NCBI GenBank assembly: GCA_010405405.1 | Contig: MU004233.1 | Coordinates: 2,396,539-2,460,538, forward strand | Direction of reading: 5' to 3' | DNA: 64,000 nucleotides | DNA from: Microthyrium microscopicum | Taxonomy: Eukaryota | In this document: positions 23,572-36,469 of the stretch, one piece after another | Layout of the letters: each line of letters opens with the position of its first letter | Numbering within the stretch: position 1 is the stretch's first letter | The notes under the pieces: generated by a model | What the model was told of the DNA's origin: nothing | Database searches by the model: none | The model's input: only the letters and a program-made list of their open reading frames with translations | Program-made: the position numbers and the translations under genes

Positions 23572-24278
23572 CTAAACTCTCTCCCTCTCCTTCTCCCTCA
23601 CCCACTCCCCAACCGACACCTCCCGCTTTCCAACGCCCCATCTTATCCACTCCTCCACCAAACCCAAGCCAACGGCCATCATCACGTATACTCCTCTCCG
23701 GCTACCATCCGCCCGCCAGGCTAATTGGAGACCTAGTAATACTACCAGCACGCCAGCTCCGCGCGCAAATTTCTCGCGTGTGAACCATTTTTTGTTCAAT
23801 TCGGAGGCAGGAAGTGAAACCGGCATCCGCGAGAAAGCGGCGAGGAGCGGTTGTGCGATGAACAAGAGGGTGAGTAGACCACCTGCGATCGAATGTGGAA
23901 GATGTTGATTCTAAGTCTGTTAGTTGAGTCACCAGCAATTTTGGGGATACAAACGTTGCCATCGAGTATGCTAAGCCAGACGCCTAGAACGGCGGAGGCG
24001 AGGAGCATGGTTAGTGTACATGCTTGTAATGTCCAGTGTAGACGAGCTAAAGCACCGCTGTGTAGAAGACGTAGTGAGAGGGCTAGAGAAGGAAATAGGA
24101 GGACTATTGCGCCAGAGGAGAGGATTGAGTGGGCGATATGGAATTGTCGACGGAGAGGATCTGTGGGGTGTAGCAGTGTTTCGATATTTGGCTGAATGTG
24201 GAATAGGGGATGAGATGTGTTGCTATTATGATGGTCGTGGCAATGGAATAGATAGTGAGAAAGGGAGTGGAGATTCAT
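23572..24278 (-). CDS. Cytochrome b561-like integral membrane protein, 2 exons
   Basis: AHSILSSGAIVLLFP, RLHWTLQ, and after the intron PHSIAG.LL.LLF.AQPLL. This matches the spacing of three of the b561 haem His residues in TM helices. Confidence 0.65.
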
Positions 24279-24770
24279 ACTCAATGAAAGCCAGGTACTA
24301 TAAAGTAGAGACACGGTAGACAGAGTTGAATTGAGCTGTTTGAACGTGTAGCAATATCTGGCAGACATAGATTCTACCAGTAGCTAAATACCTTACACTT
24401 ATTCCTTCTTCGTAGTACATACCTTACTTGCAAAACTTCGCGTTGTTCGCGTTGGAATGCTACGTGGTACGAGTGAGATATCTGCAACTTAAAGAACAAA
24501 GGAGGTGCAATATGGAACAACGAACGATTCCATATACGGTGGAGTGGGAAGATCAGAAGATGATTTCAGCCCAAGATAGAGAACTAGTAGAGTTTATTAA
24601 AGTCGAGTGTATTCCACTGCAAGATCGAGGGTGGATAATGCCATACTTATTCAGCCAGAGTGGGAACATGCAATCGTTAAATCTAGAGGGTATTGCCCAA
24701 CCACAAGCGATGAACTCCCAAATAGCAACCTGAGCAACGTCAATATCATCAAATAATCCTCATCATCATT

Positions 24771-27036
24771 CTAAAACCACCATCGCTCCCAAGTGCCTCC
24801 TTGTGAGACCCAACCCCTGACAACAACTACCCATACGGCGCCTACCATCACACCACCACCAACGCCCCAGGCGACGACTCGTCCCCATCCATCCCAAACT
24901 CTAATCAAGCCAAGAGGATCAGCTGGGTCGATGTCTTGTAGAGCACTGCGCTTTCCACGTCCTTTCCGTGCCCAGGTCGGCAGATCACCACGGCGGCGAG
25001 ACACGACCGGGCCAAATACTTCGCGCCCCTCGGAAGAAGAAGACGTTAATGCTGGGCGCTGTGATGCTGATAACAAGTCTGATGGCGCATCTACCACGCC
25101 AATGTTGCCGCGACCAACTTCTTCGTTGACGCGCTGCAACAGCCAACGAGCGCGTTGATCATTAGGCAGGCCATCGAGGACACTGACATCGCGAAAGTCT
25201 GCAGGCCAGCGGGGGACCGGTTCAGAGCGACGCCGATGGCTGCTATTGACCAATGACCCAGATCGATTGCCTGATGAGCGCGTGCGGCGGAAAGGGTCGA
25301 TGGTGGTCATATCGGTGGACGTGATGGCGGAGCGGGCAGCAGCCAGTTGGCGTGCTCGCCAGGAGAGATATTTGCTAGCGGCAGAGTGACGGAGCCAGAG
25401 CATGGACTCGGGATCGAATAGTGTTGACACAAGATCAGAAAGTTCAGAAGAGAGGAGTGGCGGAGAGTAAGTGGAAGCCATGAGGAGAGATGCGTCCATT
25501 TCCAAAGCATCAGATCCTGTGAGACTAGATATGGCAAATGGAGGAATTGCTGCTTTCTTGGTCGGTAGCTGGTTCATAGAATTAGATACGCTAGGCGTAG
25601 ACGGTTCATGATCTGATGTTGAACTTGATGGTTCATCCAACAAAGAATCCATTGCATCATGAACTGAAGATCCGAACAGAAATGGTTTCGTTCGGTGCTG
25701 AAGACCTCCTAGTATTCGTAGTTTGAACTGTTTCTGCTCTGCTTCTGTGAGTTGATCTGCCTTGGCAATAAGAGGGATTACGTTTGTCAACGATGCTAGA
25801 TGGCGAAACACATCCAGTTCGTCATCGAGGTACTTCTCTATATGATAGTTAGCAACGTACAGAACATGCCTTTAGTAGAAATGTACCTTCAGAAAACAGA
25901 AACAGTACCACATCCACCAGTGTACCACCTCGCCCGCTCACCAGATTCAATCTTTCCACATCAGTCATGCCGGCTGTGCTTTCAGTATACCAAAGATTAT
26001 CTTCAATATACTTGGCCGCAGGATCCGCTTCAACATCCAGATCGTTGTCATTCTTTGTGGAGCCGGGAATGTCCACGAAGCAGAGATTGCGTTCCAGCAC
26101 AACATCGTCAGTCCCACTTCTTCGCCGTCTCAACACATTACTCTCTTCCATGCTCTCCGACCACCAAGATGGATACGCCTTGGTACTTGCTAAGAAATGA
26201 GCAACCTTGTTCGAGCCCTTCGTCCGTGTGCGCGCAGCCACCGGATCTATGTGCACAATATCCTCGCACTGCTTTACAAGAGCGCTCAGTAGGCTTGTTT
26301 TGCCCACTCCTTTTCGACCGGCCACACATATCCGCAGTCTGCCCATGCGTTTGCCGCGCTCTGTGAATGGGCGTCGATCGGGCAACGACAAACTCGGCAT
26401 GATCAGCTCAACTCCAGAATTGTGACTTCCTCCTGCAAATCCGAAGCGTGATGCTACGTCGCTACTATCATCGGCGCGGCTGTCGATGTCGTCGGCATCG
26501 CTGAGGTGTAGACTGAGGCTGAGACTTTTGGGTGTACTGGGCATCGCAGTCGACCATACGGCAGGGCTTGCGGTTTGTAAAGGTGTGAGAGGATGGGAGA
26601 GTGAAGGAGCGTTGGAGCGGGCTCGTACGCGTCCTGGCAGTGGCGAAGGGTGGTCAGTGGAGGCCCCAGATTCGGGAGCGTCTTCATCTTTCGATTCCTC
26701 CGATGCAGTAGGACTTATGGCATCGTCCTTCGTAGCGTCTAATGCGGGAGTGGAGGAGGGACCAAAGGCATCAGAAAGTGCGTCAGATAAGCTTTGGACA
26801 CCGAACACGCTGTTCTTGGGTAGCATTTGACTGTCTTGGGCGCTTTCTGGTTCGGCAGCGGCAGATGCATCCTCTTCCGTCTGAGCCTCTCCTTTGCTCT
26901 CAAGCTCACTGCCACTGGCTAGGAAGAATGCCGTAGGTTCACCAACCGGTATAGTTGGCGACTGAGTGGTGACATCAACCAAGCTGGCTTTCCGGGGCCG
27001 CGGAGGCGAAGCGTCCGCACCTGGAGCCGGACGCAT
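24771..27036 (-). CDS. Divergent septin-like P-loop GTPase with C-terminal hydrophobic segment, 2 exons
   Basis: G1 ICVAGRKGVGKTSL, G3 NLCFVDIPG, septin-type G4 TNVIPLIAKAD; intron at about 25887-25838. Confidence 0.8.
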
Positions 27037-28118
27037 TTTGATATTCCGTCCAAGTAAAAATCAAGTTGTCGTCAAGTCATGGAAGTTATATCAACTTGAT
27101 CTGCTTGCAAACGGGCTGGCAGATGACCCATATAGGCTGAACGACCAGCAGGCGGGGTACAATCGCGGAGTGTCTCTTGGGTCCCGTCAGCCGTATCTCG
27201 TGAGTGAATGGTATCTCCAGCGATGAAACAGAGCACGCCAGCTAGAAGAGTCAGGTAGTTAGGTATGGACCGAATCTGGTCAAGGAAATAGTATTGTGGT
27301 ATTATGTCTGAAGTTATGAATGTGGGGAGATGCTATCATCGGGAAAGCAAGGGCAGATGCAGCCTTGATCAGGCATCGCACCTGCATCAAGTGGAGAACG
27401 ATCCCTGTTCCCTAGCGTACCAGCCACATTGCACCGCCACACGATGCTCCATTCCAGTTCCAAGACTTCTACGCTCCTATCAAAATCTCTTCATCTGCTG
27501 CGAATATTTCTGTGGTTTCATGATTCTAATAACTTATCGATCTAAGCGACACTACTATAACGCGATTACTGGTCAAAGAAGATGGATAGAATCCTCCTTT
27601 CAGATGCGATGTCTATCAATCGACGCACCTGTTAACCAGTGCTTTTGTTCGCCTCGATTATCCGCGGAAGCAGATACTTGTCTTCAGATGTAAAGGTAGA
27701 GTATTGTCCTAGCTAATAAGCTCGTGCTAACTGTTCTAACCACCGTTCAGCAAGACCTTCAGCTTTGGTCAGCACAGGTCTCAGTGATACAAGTTGTGAT
27801 TCTAGAATATTGCTGCTATCTCAAATATTTGATTCCTGCTCTCTTCTGTATCAAAGAAGGATGCGTTCAAATATATTGAGTCTTGTCAAACAAAAGACTG
27901 ATCGAAGACCACCAGAATATTGACTTCATGACATCAATTTCCGACAACAGTATGCACCATATGCTTTACCTCTCCTTCTACCTCAAGCTATCCAACCCAA
28001 ATCTCCCCATATGTTGGGTTGACAATGAAGTTAATTTTCGCTCTGCTTATCCTGTTGCAATTTGTCAGTAAGTGAAGAAGCATAACCATAAAAGCAGCTA
28101 GATTATCTTGAAAAATAC

Positions 28119-28631
28119 TTACATGTCATATTCTCGGTCTAGCGATTCATATCTCCCTAGATGTTGAACAGCCACGTTCATTGCCTCTCTCCTAGGATTC
28201 CATTGACGTTCTTCGACATCGTCAGGGTCGTTTAGATCGAAACGCCCATCAACCATTTTAAGGTACGGTATGAATGTAGCTATGGGATCGCTAGGATCGT
28301 CATCTGCGAAATCCACAAAGCTTTTCAAGGAGCCTTCATCCAATACTAGGAATACTGAATTCCTGAAGAAAGTCGGTGGATAGTGATGGCGGTCCTGTCC
28401 GTTCCAACGCTCTCGCAGCTGCTGAAGACTGGCATCTTCAAGCTCTTCCTTGTCTTGAATAAGAGGAAAAGCAAATCGGAGCTCACTTTCATGATGTGTG
28501 TCCTCCAGAATCGCTCGTCGAACATAGGGACCGATTCGCTGAAGAATAGTGTCGAGCCATCTATCCGATTCCTCAGTATACACCGTGCGGTATATCAAAT
28601 ATCCCCAATAGGCTTCGGCGATCGATGTCAT
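28119..28631 (-). CDS. Hypothetical fungal protein
   Basis: ORF with WGYLIYRTVY.EESD..W and LEDASLQQLRERW, a pattern common in uncharacterised fungal proteins. The 3' end may be spliced. Confidence 0.55.
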   Translation of the reverse strand: MTSIAEAYWGYLIYRTVYTEESDRWLDTILQRIGPYVRRAILEDTHHESELRFAFPLIQDKEELEDASLQQLRERWNGQDRHHYPPTFFRNSVFLVLDEGSLKSFVDFADDDPSDPIATFIPYLKMVDGRFDLNDPDDVEERQWNPRREAMNVAVQHLGRYESLDREYDM

Positions 28632-31504
28632 TACTGCGATAGCGAGAAGATAACAAGGTCCAGGAGGGATTTCCTGTTTAAATCCTACACGCGGGTACTT
28701 AGCCACAACGTCTGTGGTCTCAAGTGTGAATGGTGAAGAGTTTAAAGATCGGTTCTTAAACCAGAGTGTGGTAATGAATAAAGATTATTGCCCAGGTGGG
28801 CTAGAAGGAACACAGTCTCGCGCAGGTACAGTCTCTAGGCTGTATTGTCGAGTTCAAACATCATGGTAAGCCTTGCAGGTAGGCACGAATACGACGAAGC
28901 AATAGGGCTGTAGATACAATTGGGAGGCACTGCAATGAATCAGCAGACCATCCATGCAGTCGATTACTGTGCCGCCAGATATTAAAAGCCTAGGTAGCCT
29001 CTATCACCTTCAAGACGTGGCTCCTTTCCAGCGAATTGCATACGCCGTATGGTTACTGCATGGGTCCAATCTGTTGGAGGCACATCTATCGGATGAGGTC
29101 ACAACGACAACATGTCTCGCCCCAACGCTACGATGGATTCCAATCACTCATCATCGCACGAATGAGTTCTGCTGAACCCAGTCTCTAGAAATAGTAATAT
29201 TTTGTTCTGGTCAAGTAAGCTATACCTTGATGTAAAGCCTGACATGCTTCATCACAAAATAGAGTCGCCAAATCAAACCTACTGGTACGAATAAGATAAA
29301 CTGAGCCATTGGAAGCTACCTATTGAGTTGCAGTCTTTCAGATACTGAAATAACCGTATCTAGCACTAGTGGTCACGTCCAGAGGTCAAACTTCCCCAGA
29401 ATACGCTCAAGAGATAGACAGCATGCTAAACATCATGGTCAGTGGTATCGACGCGTCTTACAAGTCTATCGGATGGTCGTGACTTGAGAATCCAGACGAA
29501 GCTAAGAACTACAACAGAATAGAGATCTTAAGCAAAAGGCACAGCTAAGAAACTTATCTCTGACAATTGCACCTACGCACGGTCAATGTTTATGTCCAGA
29601 ATCATTTGTTTGAAAACATGTTTGATCAGTGTGGAGTTGAGGCATAAATAAGCCTCATAAACATTGGTGGCTTGTGCCGCGGCCGCTGTTTTTGCTACGG
29701 GTAGAATGTGGAGCTTATTTGCACATCACAATGCGGCGTCGAATATCAAAACCTCCAGGCTTGGACCTGTAACATCATCAGGCGCCAAAGGTCGATTCAA
29801 TAAGTAAAATAATCTGATATTCGTAAGGTTGTTTGGAGAAGATCGTGTTCGGATCAGAAAGCGAAGACAGTCTGGGCTTTGAGGTAGATTTTATGGTGAT
29901 TTGAGAACTAAGCAATGAGCATTTCAGCACTCGGATTGAATAGAATTATGATTGACACTAACAGTACGTGTTGATGGAGTTCGAGTGTTCAAATGTTGCT
30001 CAGGGATGGAGGTTGGAGTTGGGTGGCGTGGAGTTTGGCTAAAAGGGGAAGGCGCGCCACTTGAAACGGACATGGACGGCTAGAGCCGCACGCCTTCCAT
30101 CTTCTTTCCTTCTACTTTGCAATCTGATTTGATGCCAGATATTTCCCAACAACCCTTTTTTGCTCTGATAACGCTGACAAGTTGTTGTCATTGGTCTTAC
30201 TCGTCGTCTGCTCATCCACTGGAGATGTTTCCAGGGTGGCATAGCTCGGCGGGCGTTTGACGAAACAAATGCTAGGATTGGCTGGTTGGAGTTACCTTTC
30301 ATCGTCCAGAATCCCAGGAGTCGGGAAAGGGGCGGGCGGATAGGAGAACACACACCAAGCTCAACCAAAATCCACTGGTAATTATCCGGTTTTCCCCAAT
30401 TCTGATGTCTCACATCTTCCAAAATGCTTCCCCTCTGATCCAAGGAAAAGGTTCGACTTGTGTCGTAGAAGTTGTTGAAAGCCTGTGTGTCCGCGATTCT
30501 GCTTGGTACATCGTGTCGTGCATGATGAACTTGTTCCCAGGTGCATCTGTTGGTTGCATGCTTGTTCCTGCATAATGTCCGAAAGCAGGCGATTCAGCGC
30601 TTGCAACTACCGGTACTCTGAGTCTCTGACAAGATTTGAACATTTACATGCTTCTGCCTCAGGTCTTGCAAATTGCCCCTGTTGCTCCCACAGGCCACAG
30701 TTCACTGCTGCTCAATCCCCTCCTGTAATTTGCCAAACATCTGAACACGACCATTGACGTTGCTCCCTCCCTGTTCAACAACTGGGCTTTTTTCATTCTC
30801 GTGGGGCTGCTGCCCCTGCTCCTCATCTCCCGAAAATAGGAATCATGTACATCTCCATTTTCTGTTGGCTGGTTGGTCCACTATTCAATTGGTCCCCTTG
30901 GCTCCCAGCTTGACCCTGTCGAACCATGCATCTCTGATTCTCTGAATGGATCAATGGTTGGAGGTTGAAAATAGCGTACCTGAGTGTTACCAGTCCTGAG
31001 CCCAGGTCTCGTGCCTCTCTTCTACGGAGCCTCGCGAGTCGCCTTGCATTGCACCTAGACTGTCGCACCCACTTCTTTTCTTGTAAGACTAGTCTAGTGT
31101 CCGTTGGGGGGCATGGTGATGCCAATCCTTTTTATGCCCAGCCATGCCCATCTTCCACCTGACTTTCCTCCTTTGACCCTCCTTTCTGTATCGTGAACTT
31201 TGTACGCATTCTTTCCCACTTTCACTCTTTCGCCAGACCGGCTCTGTCTTTCGTTTGCATCATTGCTCTGCTGCTGCGGTTGCAACCATTACATTCATTC
31301 ACTTGTGCTGTCATTCATTCAATCAGCCATTGTCATTCATTTAGCCGGGCTAACAAACCAACAATATCACCTCAAAACCTCACCTGCTGTTGAACAATAA
31401 CCACTCCCACCCATTGATTTAAAAGCCAACTTTTTAGCATAAAACTTCCGGAATTCCTGCATTTCTCCATCATTCAAAAACATATTCTGCATATTACGAC
31501 AAAA

Positions 31505-32648
31505 ATGATTTCTTACATTTCCGCCTTCAGCGTTCTCGCTGCTACCGTCTCCGCACACTCCTGGGTAGAGTGTTCCAACCATGATAACTCCCTTCTCCTC
31601 CCATGGATGCAAGGCAATTCCACTTTGAATCCTCCGGTTATCATCGATCCTGAAATGCCATGGTACGCCAATTTCTGTCATGGCTATCCCAGAAACAAGA
31701 AGAACCCCGTAAGTTCAACACCCTCGATTTATATAATCACCAAAACTAATAAAACCACAGGGCGACTGGATCGACGAGTCCACAAACTACTCCTGGGATA
31801 TCATTGACAACGTCTTCAACGGCGGTCCATCTCATCCACCTAACACAAACGCCTGCCATGTAAGCTCCCTATTACTCATCTAGCGTCTCACCACCGACTA
31901 ACACAAATCACAGCCAACTCAGCGCACTCCAACATACCAACCCAACGCACCCATGGCTTCCGCCGCTCCTGGCGACTCCATCAAGCTCTTCTTCGGCGGT
32001 AACGGCCACACCCGCGGCTCCAACGTTCCCGGCGGCGACCCAGGCATCGTAAACGTCTACTGGAAAGGTGCTCCCGAGCAAGAAATCACCGACGTCTCAG
32101 AGTTCACCTCCGCCAACCTTCTCGCGACCGGCGGTTTCGCCGGCGAAAGCTTCAGCTACCCAGCCGACCCCAACATCAAGACACCAGCCCAAGGCCTCGT
32201 CGACAAAGGCAACTGGCTAACCGTCAAGATGCCAGCCGATATGGCCGCCGGACGCCACATGATGGTCTGGGTCTGGGAAGCACAAGGAAAACCAACCTGG
32301 AGCACATGTTTTGATGTCATGGTCGGCGGCAGCGGAAGCGGAAGTGCGCCCGCTGCCCCAGCATCTTCGTCAAGCCCATCGGCTGCACCAGTACCTGCTG
32401 CTGCTGCGAGCTCAGCACCAGCTGCGCCAGCTTATTCGGCTCCCGCAGCGGCTGCTTCGCCTCTCCCAGCACTTCCATCCGTCGTCGCCGCTCCAGCGCC
32501 TGCCGCTCCATCAGCGCCCGTCGCACCGGCGCCAGCTGCACCAGTCGCGCCACAAGCAGTTCAAGAACCTGCACCATCAGTCTCCGCAAAGCCAAAGACA
32601 CGTGCGTGCAAAGCGCCACGCAAGCGCAAGGTGGAATTCACCGCATAG
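31505..32648 (+). CDS. Secreted protein with N-terminal His after the signal peptide (LPMO-like / DUF7492-like) and Ala/Pro-rich tail, 3 exons
   Basis: MISYISAFSVLAATVSA|HSWVEC; CHGYPRN; A.PGDSIKL..GGNGH; GRHMMVWVW; WSTCFDV. Introns 31709-31760 and 31860-31913 join the exons in frame. Confidence 0.85.
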
Positions 32649-34329
32649 ACTACCACAGGCTCGTGTTCAAAAGAGGAGAATAACAACGCCCTGATGAGTG
32701 CTCAGTATGGCAGTGCCTGGAGTTTACGGACGGGGCGGCAAATTACTAGAACTGACGTTTTTTTACTGGAGATGGAGGCGGTTTGCAGATGAACCTTGAA
32801 TTCTATGTATGATACCAGATACTTGTTGGACATTTTGCCTTCTTGTAGATACTAGGTTATTTTGTTGATTGTTGTTGTTGGCGAGATGTACTTAGTACTA
32901 TGAAGAATATTAACGATCTTTGATCATCATCCATCTTTTTTTGCCTTTGCGAAATCTTTTGTGTAGAGTTATGAGTGGCTCGGTGAGTCGTGGGCCCCTG
33001 AAGACGATGATGTGAAGTTACGTTTATCAGTGTTGGTCAGTACCATTCAGCAGGCTATCCTGGCCTTAGCTGGCAGGTTAAGACGCGGTGAACAGGAACA
33101 AAGAGAACGCCGTGGAAAACAGTGTCGGTGGCGGGGAGGTTCGTGGCGTCAGTGGCCATGGGACTGTTTGGATCCATTGTTTCGTTTCACTCAGCACGCG
33201 AGTAGAGATGGACGGCGGTGGAGCGGCGATGCTGGTGGTTGTCGTTGCATTAGACTGTTGCTTATGGATGATCGCCACAGGGAACCAGGTATGGCAAGTT
33301 TAGAGAGCGGGATCTGGTAGTAGGTGAAAGGCAGGGTTGATTTTAGAATGTGAGCTAAACGAAAAAATTATGTTTTGGAAAGATGTATAATAGAATAGTG
33401 AATGCGTGAAACATTTTGTTTTCCATGTTAGTGGATGATTGAGTACCCATTTGGGTGTAAGCATTTGAGGTCAAATTCCTAGTATCAAGGCTTGGTTTTG
33501 GGCTTGCTCGTTCGGTGAAGTGGTTTTTACTATTTACAAAGTACGAGCTAGGTAAATGTTTCTAGAAGATCAAGCACATAATATGTAGCTTTTCGTATAC
33601 GATAGCTTGCGGACGACAGTGACAATAGCGAGAGATATGCAAGGGCCATAAACAGATGAACACATTGGTAGAGATCAATGATGCTGATGCTTATATCCTT
33701 CCCTAAAAACTTGCTTTCTTGTCTATGAACACTCAAACACTACTGTTGTCCCTCTATTACTCACCAACTATTAGTGAATACGCAGCATTCTCAAATTATA
33801 TCCAGACCTACTTGATTTGTTGCTAAATTCCGGGGAAGGCTCGAGGGAGCAGGAAGAACTCTACTAAGCCTGGCTGATATCTATCAAAATTGACTTTGGA
33901 AAGTGACATGCGAATGGCAGATGTATAAGCAGTATGTATTGGTTTCCTACGTAATTTTAGACCGAAGCTACATATATAATTCATAGCTTTATAACGAGAT
34001 CATACCTGTAATGGCAACCTTTGTGCCACTACCGTTTATACTTATGTAATGCCACAAGAAAAAGTGAAGAGGGCAGGAAGTTTGAACTTTGCAGTCGAAA
34101 GAGATTATCATCGACATAACATTGCTAGAACTCAGGTCCATTATACTGCTTGTCCTTATATATCGCAAAAATGTATTTTTTATGTCAAGTATTTTGAGCA
34201 TAGAGAAGAAATCACAATCATTGCAACCTCAATTCCTATGGCGAGGTCGGTTGCACTTATCATTAAACCTAAAACCAACCTTGCACTATATATACACAAA
34301 ATCCGGAACCAATTTTCAAGATACAAAAA

Positions 34330-34709
34330 GGCGTGCGAGTGAGGCCCTCGTTTGGATCAAATTTGTATGCTTGGTGGATAATACGGCACTAGCCCTAACG
34401 GGCGCAAATAACCATTGGTAATTCCAGCCTCTTACAAGGCGACGGTTCAATTCCCTCTGGGACACATTTCGACTTTCCGGGTTCAGTTCCCTCTGGGAAC
34501 CACCTAACCCCCCGATCCACCGGACGAGATAAAAGCCACCGGGCTTTTCCTCATGGTACACCTCCTACCCACCGAGGGTAGGGGCTGTGTCATGAGTTTT
34601 TGCTCTTTTTGTCTGTGGTGGCGGAATTTTGAGGGTTTGTTTTTTGCTTATTGGTTGCGTCGTCTGCCAGAGAGCGGTTGCTATGGAGGATGGCAGATGG
34701 CTTTTTTTT
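34330..34709 (+). ncRNA. Candidate structured non-coding RNA of unknown class
   Basis: GC-rich island in AT-rich intergenic DNA with serial hairpins whose G-U pairs fit the + strand, a duplicated 19-mer, an upstream TATATATA and downstream T-runs. Confidence 0.35.
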
Positions 34710-35467
34710 AAGTCTCCTTGGTACGAGTATGAGAAATCTAAGTCTATTTATCATGAGTCCTACTCGGCTTATGAATAAGCAGGTTATCGTAACGCGATAT
34801 ATATCGTAAAGGTAAAGCATATTTAATAGCAAATAGCTGTTACATCACTGCAGTGCTAGAGTGGAACGTAAGTCGCTCTATTCTTAGATATAGTTTGAAT
34901 TAATGAGATAAGACATAGAGGCGCCGTTTGAGATAAATATCTTGAAAAATATAAGTTTTAGTTATGACATGAAATTCTGATATCAAGCTCGTGGGAGCTT
35001 CTTGTCAGGTCTGCGGTGAAAGAGGTGTACCGTGCAACATCTCAAATTACATTATTGTAATTATTTTTGACCGAAACTATGAGATCTATGTTATCTGGAC
35101 TTTTTTTGGCTCAGGCGTAGTTGGCCTGCCCAAACTGCTGCTCTGCAGACTGCTGGCAGTGCCAGTCCGCTCCTCGTTGAGTCGTCGTGAATCGTTTTGA
35201 TTCATTCTGGAGTAAACACCGGCTTACAGATGTGTTTTTTAGTTCTTAAAGAACGACTATACATCTGAAGATGCCTATGAGCAAGAGATTTTATCGTTAA
35301 AATACAATGACGGGTCGGAATCAAAATACTCTCAGAATTAAACACGAGATGAAGTTGGAGATTCAGCCCAGTTCGTGCTGAGTCAGCATCACCCTTCAGT
35401 AGTGGCGTTGTACTTTTCCATCCTTGGACCTTCATCTTCGAGATACCACAACCTTGAGCCTTTACCC

Positions 35468-36469
35468 ATGAAAGTACCTAAGAATCCCTCGATACGACGA
35501 TTGTTCTTCAAGCCGGGTCTGGTACCTCGGTTTCAACAACGAAGATGGGCCAAAGTCCAGGATATTCGCATCAATGATGCTCGATTCCTAGCGACACAAG
35601 CGACGCAAGAGCGAGTCTTTGAAAAGTATCGCGATAAGCTTTCGCGCAGGGCAAAAGAGTAAGTACTGAATCAAGACCTCTACGAACGATTCTTACAAAG
35701 TCCTAGAGAAGGTCACCACGATGTTGGATCCTTGCGCAAAGCATACGAGGCTAAAATCGAAGCCTTGAAGAACGATGCCTCCTTAGCCTCCAAGAAGACA
35801 TTAACCAAAAACACAGACGAAACCACAACACAAATACCCTTCTCCCCTCCACCGCCGCCAGAACCACAATCCCCCAAAGTCGTTGCACCGAAGACCAGCG
35901 ATGTGCCTGGCGTCAAAACTCTTTCATCCTTCATCGATCTCGACAAAACCAAAGCGCTTCCACCCAAAGAGATAGAATACATATGGCGTCTCCGCCACGC
36001 CAAAGATGCCAACTCTCTCTGCGCCGTAATACCTGGTCCAACCTACGCACACCTGTCACTCCTGGCGCGCAAACATCCGCAATTCGTCCTCCCCGTGCCT
36101 CGCGAAGGCCAAGGAGCGGAAATTCACTTCCTCCAATGGACATTCCCGCATCCGGACACAGCGACCGTACTATTCACGCAACTAGCAGAATACAAGCTGC
36201 GCGGCGAATATGCTAGTCCGCATACGACTGTGAGCCTGCACTCGGAATTACTTGTGCCGAAAGGACTTGTGCTGGCGCAAGGAAATGTACAGGACGAGCG
36301 CGGGATGACGGTCGAGGATGGAAGGTGGTTGTTGATGTGTCTGCAGAAGTTTTATGGACCGCAGGCGGGTGAGGATGGTCTGAGGAGAAGGAAGTTGTTG
36401 GAGCAATTCTCAAACGGAGATTCAGGGTTCTCGATCCAGGAGTTGCTGGATGAGGCTGAGCGATTCTAG
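35468..36469 (+). CDS. ATP11: Mitochondrial F1-ATPase assembly chaperone Atp11, 2 exons
   Basis: Arg-rich presequence, RRWAKVQD..FLAT, VKTLSSFIDL.K, EIEYIWRLRH, HPQFVLPVPREGQGAEIHFLQW, LFTQLAEYKLRGEYASPHTT, CLQKFY. Confidence 0.95.

Noticed and set aside
30039..31285. Several overlapping minus-strand ORFs as a gene or pseudogene
   Set aside because: No recognisable domain, stops in all frames and no consistent splice path.
33078..33278. 66-aa minus-strand ORF
   Set aside because: Short, low complexity, and no motif or splice support.
34386..34502. tRNA gene
   Set aside because: T-loop-like sequences are present, but there is no matching acceptor stem or anticodon arm.
34330..34600. RNase P/MRP RNA on the minus strand (GGAAAGTC and GAGGAAAAGCCC motifs)
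   Set aside because: I could not build the P4 pseudoknot or a P1 helix, and the G-U pairs favour the + strand.
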